From: an uncultured Gammaproteobacteria bacterium
Lineage (GTDB): Bacteria > Pseudomonadota > Gammaproteobacteria > Pseudomonadales > Pseudohongiellaceae
Direction: 5' to 3'
Assembly: GCA_913060695.1 (NCBI GenBank)
Contig: CAJXUA010000004.1
Location: 84,612 to 148,611 of the forward strand
Length of the DNA: 64,000 nt
Shown: one piece after another, positions 1 to 8,222 of the stretch
Layout: each line of letters begins with the position of its first letter
Position numbering within the stretch: position 1 is the first letter of the stretch
Notes under the pieces: model-generated
What the model was told of the DNA's origin: nothing
What the model saw: only the letters and a program-made list of their open reading frames with translations
Databases searched by the model: none
Made by a program: the position numbers and the translations under genes

Positions 1-33
1 TTTGGCGCTACGGCGCCGCAGTGAGAGTGCGTT

Positions 34-795
34 GTGAACAGTTTAAGTAAGCTTATGCGCTGGCCCAATAAGATGCTGTCGGCATTTGTTTTGCTACTGT
101 GTTTAAGTGCATGCCAGCCGGCCCAGAGCGTCCGCGTTGTTCAGGTGCCAGAACCCGCCGCGCCCGAGCCCATCGCCCCAGTAATAGACGAAGTGGCGTT
201 AGCCACAACTTTCGAGATGGAGTTACGCTATCAGCGCATCATCGCCGATCTGCTCTATGAGGGCATCAAGGCGCTGAATGCCAATCGCTTGTTAACTCCG
301 CCCGACATCAGTGCTCATGCCTATTTTAGTCGCGCGCTGGCTATAGAGCCGGAGAACGCCGTGGCCCTCAAAGGGCTGCAAGACATAGTGGCAAAGTATC
401 TTCAACTTGCAGACCAGGCCGGACGGCAAGGTCAGTTCGATAGCGCTAAGTCATATCTGCGCCGCGCCGAGCAGGTAGATAGCTCGCATCAGGGCATTGC
501 CAGTGCATGGGTTCGGCTCGAAGCCGAGATGAAGTCCAACGATATAGTGCACAGCATTAATGCCCGTGAACTCTCCAGCCAATCCGCCGCTCTAATGGAA
601 GAGCTGGGCAAGATTGCCGTGCAGGCACGCGACTCAGGCGCTTTCTTTTTGATCACCGCTCCCAACGATGTGCAAGCGCGTTGGATATACACGCAGATGC
701 AAACGGCCGTCGCCGGGCATCGACTGCGGGGTAACATCGAATTGGGTGATAGCCCCACCGTACGTCTAATTATGCCTACCGATTCAGATGTCTGA
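34..795 (+). CDS. Putative lipoprotein with TPR-like helical repeats (hypothetical)
   Basis: The N-terminus is hydrophobic with a lipobox-like LLCLSAC. It also has a TPR-like segment, AHAYFSRALAIEPENAVALKGL. It uses a GTG start and has an uninterrupted ORF, and the next gene follows 19 nt downstream. Confidence 0.6.
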   Translation: MNSLSKLMRWPNKMLSAFVLLLCLSACQPAQSVRVVQVPEPAAPEPIAPVIDEVALATTFEMELRYQRIIADLLYEGIKALNANRLLTPPDISAHAYFSRALAIEPENAVALKGLQDIVAKYLQLADQAGRQGQFDSAKSYLRRAEQVDSSHQGIASAWVRLEAEMKSNDIVHSINARELSSQSAALMEELGKIAVQARDSGAFFLITAPNDVQARWIYTQMQTAVAGHRLRGNIELGDSPTVRLIMPTDSDV

Positions 796-814
796 GTAGG
801 CATCGAGGTAGTAC

Positions 815-1840
815 ATGAATACCAGCAAGCTCACGCCTAAAACATTTTCTTGGAACTCGATGGGGCTCATCGGAAGAACGATCGTAGTTCTCCTCTTAAT
901 GTATTTTTTCGTAGTACTCGCGCTAGGTTTCTACTGGAGCGCGGAACCCGCGCCGTTCTCCGTGCGCGAGAACCAGACCGAGAAACTGGTAGGAGCTGAG
1001 CCTGTAGTGGGTACAGCCTCGGCCGCTGCTCTCATTCGCGTCGCGGAAACCTTGCTCGACAAACCTGGCGGATATCTCAGTAATGACATAGCCCCTCCCG
1101 GGCTCTATTTGGACAATATCCAGAACTGGGAATTCGGCGTACTCGTGCAGGTGCGTGACTTTTCGCTCGCGTTTCGGCAGAACTTTAGTCGTTCGCAATC
1201 ACAGTCCGTGGAAGACCCTGATCTCGTGCTCGTTGAGCCTAAGTTTAGCTCACCCAACGACCGCTGGATGCTGCCGGCGTCCGAGTCGGAATACCGCAGG
1301 GCGATTAATTCCATGACCTCCTATATGAGTCGTATCGCGGACCCGCAGGTGCAGGACGCACAGTTTTATGCGCGTTCAGACAATTTGTCGCGTTGGCTGG
1401 TGAACGTGGAGTCACGGCTAGGCAGTCTGTCACAGAAACTCAGTGCCAGCGTGGGTCAGGCGCAGGAGAACACCGACTCTGCAGGAGATCGTGGCGCGCA
1501 ACAGTCCACCGATGTGCCTGAGCAAAGGATTGTGAAGACACCCTATACGCAAATCGATGACGTTTTCTACGAAGCACGCGGCGCCACTTGGGCATTGATG
1601 CACTTCCTACGGGCAGTCGAGATTGACTTCGACTCGGTGCTGCGAGACAAGAACGCCCTGGTCAGCGTGCGTCAGATTATCCGCGAGTTGGAGGCGAGCC
1701 AGCGAACCGTGTTTAGCCCTTTCATCCTCAATGGCGGTGGGTTTGGATTGTTCGCTAACCACTCTCTGGTAATGGCGAATTACGTCTCCCGGGCTAATGC
1801 GGCTATCATCGATTTGCGCGAATTGCTGAATCAAGGTTAG
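815..1840 (+). CDS. Membrane-anchored hypothetical protein (possibly DUF2333-like, from memory)
   Basis: The 341-aa ORF has one N-terminal TM helix (IVVLLLMYFFVVLALGFYW). It is tightly spaced after the preceding gene. No catalytic motif was recognised. Confidence 0.55.
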   Translation: MNTSKLTPKTFSWNSMGLIGRTIVVLLLMYFFVVLALGFYWSAEPAPFSVRENQTEKLVGAEPVVGTASAAALIRVAETLLDKPGGYLSNDIAPPGLYLDNIQNWEFGVLVQVRDFSLAFRQNFSRSQSQSVEDPDLVLVEPKFSSPNDRWMLPASESEYRRAINSMTSYMSRIADPQVQDAQFYARSDNLSRWLVNVESRLGSLSQKLSASVGQAQENTDSAGDRGAQQSTDVPEQRIVKTPYTQIDDVFYEARGATWALMHFLRAVEIDFDSVLRDKNALVSVRQIIRELEASQRTVFSPFILNGGGFGLFANHSLVMANYVSRANAAIIDLRELLNQG

Positions 1841-2187
1841 GCGCCACGCCAGCAATAGCGTTAGGTGAAAGAGCCTGAGTGTGCTAGAGTTCGCCCCGAG
1901 CTTTGATATTAAATCAAAGGCGTCATCGTTAATTGTCTGGTCCTCCCGGCTCCACGCCGCGAAAACCCCCTCACAAGAGTGCCAATTACTGCATGCCGCA
2001 CTGTGTGTATCGCACAAACATTGGCAACGCTGTACTGCGGACAAACTCCGAAATTCTAGCAAAGAATCTAAGCGCTTTATTCCGCTCCCGCTGTCTTATT
2101 TAACTGTCGCTATCGCCCACTAGCCTTTCATTGGCCTATTGCGATCGTTTGACACAAAGGTGCCTGTTGGCACTTTCAGGAAACTAT

Positions 2188-3615
2188 ATGAATTTTGCAG
2201 ACCTTGGGCTATCAGAAGCCCTATTGAAAGCCTTGCTCGACCAAGAATACACCACACCTACCCCTATTCAAGAGCAAGCGATTCCCCCGATTCTTCAGGG
2301 CAAAGACATCATGGCTTCGGCCCAAACGGGTACGGGCAAGACCGCGGGTTTTACTCTGCCACTATTGCAGAAGCTAGCGATGCAACCACGTGCCAAAGCT
2401 AACCACACTCGAGCACTTGTACTTACACCGACGCGAGAGTTGGCAGCACAAGTTCACGCGAGCATAGAGACGTATGGAAAGTATCTGTCACTGCGCTCGA
2501 CTGTCGTGTTCGGCGGCGTGAAGATTAATCCGCAGATGCAGAAGCTGCGCGGCGGCGTTGAGATCCTGGTTGCTACTCCGGGCCGATTGCTCGACCTGTT
2601 TCAGCAGAACGCGATCAAGTTCGACGAGATCAATACCCTGATCCTCGACGAGGCGGACCGCATGCTGGACATGGGCTTTATCAATGATATTAAGAAGATT
2701 CTGTCGCGTCTGCCTAAGCAGCGCCAGAACCTAATGTTCTCTGCGACTTTCTCTCCAGAGATTCAGAAGCTGGCGAAGGGCTTATTGAATGATCCAGTAG
2801 AGGTCAGCGTCACGCCGATGAACACGGCAACAGAGCTGGTAGAACAGTCACTTTATATCGTCGACAAGAATCGCAAGACCGAGTTGCTGAAGCAGTTGAT
2901 CAAGAGTGAGAGCTGGTACCAAGCACTTGTGTTCAGTCGCACTAAGCACGGCGCGAACAAGATTGTGAAGCAGCTGGAAATTGATGGCATTCATGCCGCA
3001 GCTATTCACGGCAACAAAAGCCAGGCGCACCGCACCAAAGTGTTGGAGCGCTTCAAGGAAGGCAAGTTGCAGATCCTAGTGGCCACGGATATCGCGGCAC
3101 GGGGTATCGATATCGATCTTCTGCCACAGGTAGTGAACTACGATCTGCCGCAAGTACCGGAAGACTATGTACACCGTATTGGTCGCACAGGTCGTGCGGG
3201 TTCGTCGGGGCGTGCTATCTCTTTCGTATGCGCGGAAGAGAACAAGATGCTGCGTGATATCGAACGGCTCTTAAAGCGTCCGATCGATCGTGCTGAGATG
3301 CCGGGCTTCGTGTCCACGGAAGACTTCTCCAAGGTAGCGCCAGCGCCACAGCGTACGTCGCAGAATCGTCCGCAGCGCTCATCACAAGGCCGCCCACAGC
3401 GTGCAGCGCAGGAACGCCCGCGTCAAGTAAGTGGCAATCGTGGCACCTATGGCACTGCGCCAGATGCGCCTGCCGCACCGGCTCGCAGTGCGAAGCCGCG
3501 CTCAAGCAGTGGTGGTGGTCGTCAAGATCAAGCACGCCGTCCGCAGCGCGCTGCACAGCCATCCCGTGATGGCCAGTCCAAGTCTGGTAACACGACGCTA
3601 CTGTATCGTTCATAA
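2188..3615 (+). CDS. rhlE: ATP-dependent DEAD-box RNA helicase, RhlE-like
   Basis: Motifs present are the Q-motif [11 protein letters not shown], Walker [16 protein letters not shown] and [10 protein letters not shown]. The C-terminal tail is R/Q/P-rich and low complexity. The start was moved to the internal ATG (MNFADLGL), which is typical of RhlE. Confidence 0.93.
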   Translation: MNFADLGLSEALLKALLDQEYTTPTPIQEQAIPPILQGKDIMASAQTGTGKTAGFTLPLLQKLAMQPRAKANHTRALVLTPTRELAAQVHASIETYGKYLSLRSTVVFGGVKINPQMQKLRGGVEILVATPGRLLDLFQQNAIKFDEINTLILDEADRMLDMGFINDIKKILSRLPKQRQNLMFSATFSPEIQKLAKGLLNDPVEVSVTPMNTATELVEQSLYIVDKNRKTELLKQLIKSESWYQALVFSRTKHGANKIVKQLEIDGIHAAAIHGNKSQAHRTKVLERFKEGKLQILVATDIAARGIDIDLLPQVVNYDLPQVPEDYVHRIGRTGRAGSSGRAISFVCAEENKMLRDIERLLKRPIDRAEMPGFVSTEDFSKVAPAPQRTSQNRPQRSSQGRPQRAAQERPRQVSGNRGTYGTAPDAPAAPARSAKPRSSSGGGRQDQARRPQRAAQPSRDGQSKSGNTTLLYRS

Positions 3616-3636
3616 GCGATACTCGTAGAAAAAAGG

Positions 3637-3671
3637 GCGCTGGGATCTTCGTGATCACAGCGCTTTTTTTT
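3637..3671 (+). terminator. Rho-independent terminator after rhlE
   Basis: GCGCTG(GGATC)...(GATC)ACAGCGC forms a hairpin that is followed by T8. Confidence 0.7.
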
Positions 3672-3716
3672 GCACTGAAATTGCTCGTAGAAATTGTACC
3701 TAGTTCTCTAGCTCTC

Positions 3717-3743
3717 TAGTTATTTAGTTATTTAGTTATTTAG
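3717..3743. repeat. Tandem 8-mer repeat (TAGTTATT)x3 plus a partial copy
   Basis: Read directly as tagttatt tagttatt tagttatt tag. Every unit contains a TAG. Confidence 0.85.
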
Positions 3744-3759
3744 AGCTTCGTAGCACGAG

Positions 3760-3870
3760 TGGCACTGCGGCGTACTTCGCTGCTGGACACGCCGTGAATA
3801 CATCCATGTAGGCTCAGTCGCCGCCGTCCGGGCGGCTCATGGTCCTGCATCGAAGCAGCCCACATTGCCC
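3760..3870 (+). repeat. GC-rich intergenic repeat, family R1, diverged copy C
   Basis: The core acgccgtgaatacatccatgtaggctc...catcgaagcagcc aligns with the two copies at 51308-51433 and 51531-51660. It contains an internal GCCGCC/GGCGGC hairpin at 3820-3836. Confidence 0.5.
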
Positions 3871-3950
3871 CTCTGGTTATGTAGGTGCGATATGGATCAG
3901 CGCTCAATATTATGCGGGCTCGATTTAGCTCCGTGCTGATAGAACCCACT

Positions 3951-4057
3951 GACTGTAGGAGCTCTTGTCCTCGTAAGGGGATGCTTGCAAGCGAATGGTT
4001 CGATTGATGAAGATCTGTGGGAGATTTAGGCCTATCGCCTGCAGGGCAGGCTCCTAC
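3951..4057 (+). repeat. REP-like elements (gactgtaggagc block, then tgtgggagatttaggcctatcgcctgcagggcaggctcctac)
   Basis: Both blocks recur in reverse orientation at 51782-51793 and 51485-51510. GCCTGC-AGG-GCAGGC forms a hairpin flanked by GTGGGAG/CTCCTAC. Confidence 0.6.
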
Positions 4058-4146
4058 CTATTTATCTGCATCTAAGACTGGAATCGCAAAGGCAGGAATT
4101 TCACGGTTGCTATCGTGAAGGCTCACGCTAGGTGAGGGTCAAACAT

Positions 4147-4356
4147 TTATTCGCTGTCGAGCTCGAGGATATCGCCCGGGGTGCATTCTAATGCCGAGCA
4201 AAGCTTCGCCAAGGTCTCAAAACGCACGCCCTTGACCTTGCCCGTGCGCAGTAGAGACAAGTTTGCCTCGGTTATGCCGATCTGCTCTGCTAGGTCCTTT
4301 GCCTTCATCTTGCGCCGTGCCAGCATCACGTCTAGGCGAACGATGATTTGCTTCAT
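4147..4356 (-). CDS. XRE/Cro-family helix-turn-helix transcriptional regulator (YozG-like, 69 aa)
   Basis: The HTH segment is KAKDLAEQIGITEANLSLLRTGK. There is a 4-nt ATGA overlap with the upstream membrane-protein gene. Confidence 0.85.
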   Translation of the reverse strand: MKQIIVRLDVMLARRKMKAKDLAEQIGITEANLSLLRTGKVKGVRFETLAKLCSALECTPGDILELDSE

Positions 4357-4868
4357 ACAAAACCTTCGTTATCTTCTTTTAGTGCCGCCGCAGCGGTGAG
4401 AATGCGGCCCATCATGACGATGAAAATCGCGAAGGCTAACATGCCCAGATATTCCGGTTCGATTCGCATCTCGAAGCCGCCATTGTGGCGTATCCACTGC
4501 GTGAGGTTAGGAACGATGAGAATTAAGGCAAGCATTGCCATCGTCGCGTACTCTCCTGCTTCGGCGACTCGCGCAGAGGCGATTTTGTTGAAAAAGTCAC
4601 CCTCACAGTAGTGCTTCAGTGCCATGTTCATGCGGTTTATCGCCTCGCATAGCCATACTGCTGGAAGTATCTGTACTGCTATTAGTCCGATCTCATTCGC
4701 TTTTGTACTCCACGACATTTCCTTGTTCAATACTATGTCCAATGCTGTCAGGCCGGAGTTGAGCAGGATCGTTAAGCCGATCATGGTTAGCGCTATCCAC
4801 GCAAATACTTGCGCGGTCTTCGCGAGTTGCTGTGCTTTGTTTAGATCACCGTCTATTAGATTTGCCAT
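4353..4868 (-). CDS. Multi-pass membrane protein (DUF2975-like partner of the small XRE regulator)
   Basis: The protein is 171 aa from the internal ATG (MANLIDGD) and has about 4 hydrophobic helices. It is translationally coupled to the XRE gene. The pairing of a small HTH with this kind of membrane protein is a recurrent arrangement. Confidence 0.6.
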   Translation of the reverse strand: MANLIDGDLNKAQQLAKTAQVFAWIALTMIGLTILLNSGLTALDIVLNKEMSWSTKANEIGLIAVQILPAVWLCEAINRMNMALKHYCEGDFFNKIASARVAEAGEYATMAMLALILIVPNLTQWIRHNGGFEMRIEPEYLGMLAFAIFIVMMGRILTAAAALKEDNEGFV

Positions 4869-5085
4869 CACAACCTCTTGGGTTACTGTTAATAGGCAAT
4901 AAATTATCGTAAAACGATAATTATCGCAAGTGCTTTGCAGGGCTGTGCTTAACGGGTAGTCTTTTGGGGGAAAGTGCAGCGCAGAAGTAAACTTTAGCGC
5001 TGCTCGTGCGTTATACATCTTAGGGGAATGCTGCCCGACGAGCAGCAGTACGTAGACGGCCGTTAGAGCAGGTCTAGACAAGATA

Positions 5086-5634
5086 GTGGAGCACGACAAA
5101 CTGGATACTTTGCAAAAACTCGATCGCTTTCTTGCCGATGTGCAGGGCAGGGCTTATCGAATTGCTCAAATAGCCACCAATAATCCAGACGATGCTCTGG
5201 ATCTGGTGCAGGATGCTATGTTTAAGCTCGTGGAAAAGTACAGTAGCCGCCCCGAATCCGAATGGGGCCCATTGTTCTATAGCATTTTGCAGAGCCGCAT
5301 CAATGACTGGCATCGTCGCAATACCGTGCGCCGACGCATTATGGGCTGGTTGCGTCCTAGTGAAGACGAGGGCGAGGACCCAATCGAACGAGTTGCTGAT
5401 GAGTCGCAGCGCAGCCCGGAACAGTTGCTGCAGATCAATGGCAGCATGGACAAGTTGCAGCAAGCCTTGCAGGCACTCCCGCAGCGTCAGCAGCAGGCGT
5501 TTCTACTAAGGGTGTGGGAAGGACTTGATGTCCGCGAGACAGCGCTGGCAATGGCCTGCGCAGAAGGCAGTGTTAAGTCACATTATTCGAGAGCTGTGCA
5601 TACGTTGCGGCAGCAATTAGGTGAGCATTGGTGA
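5086..5634 (+). CDS. ECF-family RNA polymerase sigma-70 factor
   Basis: Region 2 reads DALDLVQDAMFKLVEKY...RINDWHRR. Region 4 HTH reads ETALAMACAEGSVKSHYSRAVHTLR. The start codon is GTG. Confidence 0.9.
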   Translation: MEHDKLDTLQKLDRFLADVQGRAYRIAQIATNNPDDALDLVQDAMFKLVEKYSSRPESEWGPLFYSILQSRINDWHRRNTVRRRIMGWLRPSEDEGEDPIERVADESQRSPEQLLQINGSMDKLQQALQALPQRQQQAFLLRVWEGLDVRETALAMACAEGSVKSHYSRAVHTLRQQLGEHW

Positions 5635-6194
5635 TGAACGCGACATTCGACGCAAATAAGGCCCGCGCTGACAAGGAGGAGGCGCGCTTCCTAGCCAAGG
5701 TGGTTCAGACCCTGGATAGCAGCCTAGTGCAACTCCCTGTGGGGTTCGAAGAGCGTCTGGGCAACGCGCGTCAAGCGGCGCTAATGCAAGCTTCGCAGAT
5801 AGAAAGTGATGATGGTGCTCGTATAAGCAATTTCGCTCGGTCGCTTGAGTCCAGTGAGCTGCAGATCCCTGAATCGGTGAATTTGCGACTTGATGGAATC
5901 CGCACGGAGGCGATGCGTAGGGCGAGGCAGGCGTTGGACGGTTCAACCTCAGAACGCAAGGGCAGAGGCTGGAGGTGGATGAGATGGCCCCCGCAAGGTT
6001 TCGCGGTGCCAGCGAGTGCATTCGCTTCAATCTGCCTGCTTGTCACAAGCTTGCTGATATTGAGTCCGTCTGAGCCCATAGAGACAATGCCTTTGGCTGT
6101 GGCCGAGGACTCTCTTGTATTGGCATCTGAAGAAGAGATTGAATTATACGAAAACTTAGAGTTTTATCAGTGGCTTGCGGATAATGGCTTGTAA
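5634..6194 (+). CDS. DUF3619-like protein, candidate anti-sigma/accessory factor
   Basis: Its ATG overlaps the sigma-factor stop (TGATG). It has a single C-terminal TM helix (SAFASICLLVTSLLIL). The position immediately after an ECF sigma factor matches the sigma/DUF3619/DUF3106 arrangement as I recall it. Confidence 0.55.
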   Translation: MNATFDANKARADKEEARFLAKVVQTLDSSLVQLPVGFEERLGNARQAALMQASQIESDDGARISNFARSLESSELQIPESVNLRLDGIRTEAMRRARQALDGSTSERKGRGWRWMRWPPQGFAVPASAFASICLLVTSLLILSPSEPIETMPLAVAEDSLVLASEEEIELYENLEFYQWLADNGL

Positions 6195-6465
6195 TCTAAG
6201 GCGATGTTTCAGGGCCGCAGCTTTTCTCACTGTGTGTTTGTCCTGTACAGCTTTGGCTAAGCAGTCCGAGCAAGCTGATGTCTCTGCAGTAGAGCCAACG
6301 CCAGTGTTAGTCGATGAGGCAGACGTCGACCTCGCTCTTATTGAGTTTTTGGGGCAGTGGGAAACCGACGACGGCGAGTGGATTGCGCCGAGCGATCTGG
6401 CGGACGAGACGTATGTAGAGATTATTGAAGCAGTGGGTTCTTTGGAGATAGAAGAGATTGATTAA
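6184..6465 (+). CDS. Small secreted, highly acidic protein (hypothetical)
   Basis: It has a signal-like N-terminus (AAAFLTVCLSCTALA) and a D/E-rich remainder. It overlaps the upstream gene by 11 nt and the downstream gene by 8 nt. Confidence 0.45.
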   Translation: MACNLRRCFRAAAFLTVCLSCTALAKQSEQADVSAVEPTPVLVDEADVDLALIEFLGQWETDDGEWIAPSDLADETYVEIIEAVGSLEIEEID

Positions 6466-7126
6466 CAGGTCGGTAGACAATAAATGGCGTGGTGCACGCC
6501 TAGTGTTTGGCGCAGCAGCGCTATGGATCAGCTTAGGCCTCCAGGCTCAGGAGTTGATTCAATGGGAGTCGCTGAGCAGCGCGGAGCAACAGCTCCTGCA
6601 ACAGGTCGAAACGCAATGGGAGACCTTCACCCCGGAGCGTCAAGAGCAGTTGCGGCGTGGGGCGAAGCGTTGGCTGCAGATGCCCCGTGAGGAGCGTCAG
6701 CGCGCCCGCAGGCAGCAAGACTTCTTTCAGCAATTAAGTCCGCAAGAGCGCGAGCGCATCGAGAATCGTTTCCAGCAGTTCAATAGCGCCCCACCATCTC
6801 AACAGCGACGCTTACGTGAGATTCAAGAGCAGTTTCGCGACCTCCCTTCAGAACGACGGGAAGCTTTGCGTCGGCGCTTCGAAAACCAGAGGAACGAGCG
6901 CGCGGGGCAGCGACCTGAGTTGGAGCGTCGGCGTCCAGAACAACAGGCCGAGCGCCCGGAGTTACAAATAGAGCGGCCAGAGATTGGGGTGGAGAGGCCG
7001 GATCTGCAGCAAGTGCGGCCAGAATCAATCCCGCAACGCCCCAATGGGCAAGACATTCCTCGCATTCCGCCGCGCATAGAGCGGCCAACACCGCAGGTCG
7101 TAGTGCCACAGCGCCCAAGCCGCTGA
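6458..7126 (+). CDS. DUF3106-like periplasmic protein with a C-terminal ERPE-type repeat
   Basis: After a signal peptide it carries repeated W..L.(S/T)..(E)Q and QLSPQERERI helical motifs. The tail has 5-6 iterations of (E)RP(E/D)(L/I). The start is probably TTG. Confidence 0.6.
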   Translation: MINRSVDNKWRGARLVFGAAALWISLGLQAQELIQWESLSSAEQQLLQQVETQWETFTPERQEQLRRGAKRWLQMPREERQRARRQQDFFQQLSPQERERIENRFQQFNSAPPSQQRRLREIQEQFRDLPSERREALRRRFENQRNERAGQRPELERRRPEQQAERPELQIERPEIGVERPDLQQVRPESIPQRPNGQDIPRIPPRIERPTPQVVVPQRPSR

Positions 7127-7138
7127 ATTTCTAAGGCA

Positions 7139-7168
7139 TAAAAAAGGCCAGATCAAGATCTGGCCAAA
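7139..7168 (-). terminator. Rho-independent terminator for the EF-hand gene (hairpin shared by the convergent operons)
   Basis: GGCCAGATC-AA-GATCTGGCC is a perfect 9-bp stem. It is followed by T6 on the minus strand. Confidence 0.7.
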
Positions 7169-7187
7169 AGGGACACCTTGCGGCGGT

Positions 7188-7805
7188 TTAAAGGAAGGGA
7201 TCAATCTGTTCGGATATGCACTCGCGCACTATGCGACGCTGCTCATTGCGGCCCTGCATGCTGGCGGCGAGCTCGGCGCCTGTAAGTTGGCCGTCGGCAT
7301 CGGTATCCATGCGAGCGAATTGGTCATAGGCACGCTGCTCTAGTTGCATGAAGAACTCTTCCTGACTCAAGGCGCCATCGCCATCTTTGTCTGCGGCGGC
7401 GAAGCGATCCTCTTCTATTTCGCTTAGGCCTCCATTCTCGGCGATGCATTCGCGCAATGCGGCAGCGTCGATATCCTCAGCAGGCCCACGGCGGCGTGGG
7501 CGAGCCTCGTCAGCGCTCACAAGGCCGTCGTCGTCGCGATCTGCGCGGTTAAACTGACGCTCGAAGTTTGCGGTGCCTTTTGCGGTGAACTCTTCTAGGC
7601 TAATAAGTTGGTCACCATCGCTATCTAGTTGACGCAGCATGCGTAACTGGCTTTGTCGCGCCGGCCCGTGGCCTGCGCGAAGCTCGCCGCGGGCCTGTTT
7701 GCCGCGCACCCCTACGCCCCCTTGGGTTTCTTGAGCGAAACCGCTCACAGCAAAGCTACAGCCTGCTACTAGCATTGAGATTACTAAAAGTCGTCGATTA
7801 AACAT
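7188..7805 (-). CDS. Periplasmic calcium-binding protein with four EF-hand loops
   Basis: The signal peptide is MFNRRLLVISMLVAGCSFAVSGFA. The four loops are DSDGDQLISLEE, DRDDDGLVSADE, DKDGDGALSQEE and DTDADGQLTGAE. The start was moved to the internal ATG. Confidence 0.8.
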   Translation of the reverse strand: MFNRRLLVISMLVAGCSFAVSGFAQETQGGVGVRGKQARGELRAGHGPARQSQLRMLRQLDSDGDQLISLEEFTAKGTANFERQFNRADRDDDGLVSADEARPRRRGPAEDIDAAALRECIAENGGLSEIEEDRFAAADKDGDGALSQEEFFMQLEQRAYDQFARMDTDADGQLTGAELAASMQGRNEQRRIVRECISEQIDPFL

Positions 7806-8222
7806 TGGGTAATGCTCCCGAGTTAAAAGAACCGCTGCTATTGGCAGAAGTCTTGGGTGAATGTCGTGTTCAAGTCTGTTAACGCGGTGGGAGCGAGTCG
7901 GTTTACAAGATGAGATCACTTTAATACAAGCTCATTGTAATTAAAGGCGCGCAGTCATAGACTCAGGAAGGCCTCTGGAGGGAACCATGGCAGATTCGAG
8001 AAGAGCCTTGATTTACAAGCATTGTTCACTATTACTTGGCCTGACGCATAGTGAATTGGGCTGTTTTCAGGATTCGATAGAAAATTTTTCGCTTTAAGGG
8101 AGACGACTTCCGTTTCCTGTGCTCAAATTCCATCTCACGGTGCAGGGCTTTAGCGAGTCCGATACTAAAGAGCAAAAGAAATAGAATAATTCGAAATACA
8201 ACCTAGACGAAGGAGGTGCCTC

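Noticed and set aside
1881-2123. An 80-aa ORF in the 347-bp region upstream of rhlE
   Set aside because: It has no SD and no motif, and its composition is unremarkable. The region is more likely a long rhlE 5' leader, with small hairpins at 1901-1919 and 2159-2172.
3215-3658. A 147-aa minus-strand ORF plus other small ORFs over the rhlE 3' region
   Set aside because: They are antisense to the low-complexity R/Q/P tail of RhlE. No independent signals support them.
3740-3949. A 69-aa minus-strand ORF after rhlE
   Set aside because: It lies wholly inside the R1-type GC-rich repeat copy, and similar pseudo-peptides arise from the other copies. No SD is present.
3985-4010. A possible tRNA fragment suggested by a GGTTCGATT T-loop-like string
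   Set aside because: No acceptor, D or anticodon stems can be drawn around it. It sits within the REP-like repeat cluster.
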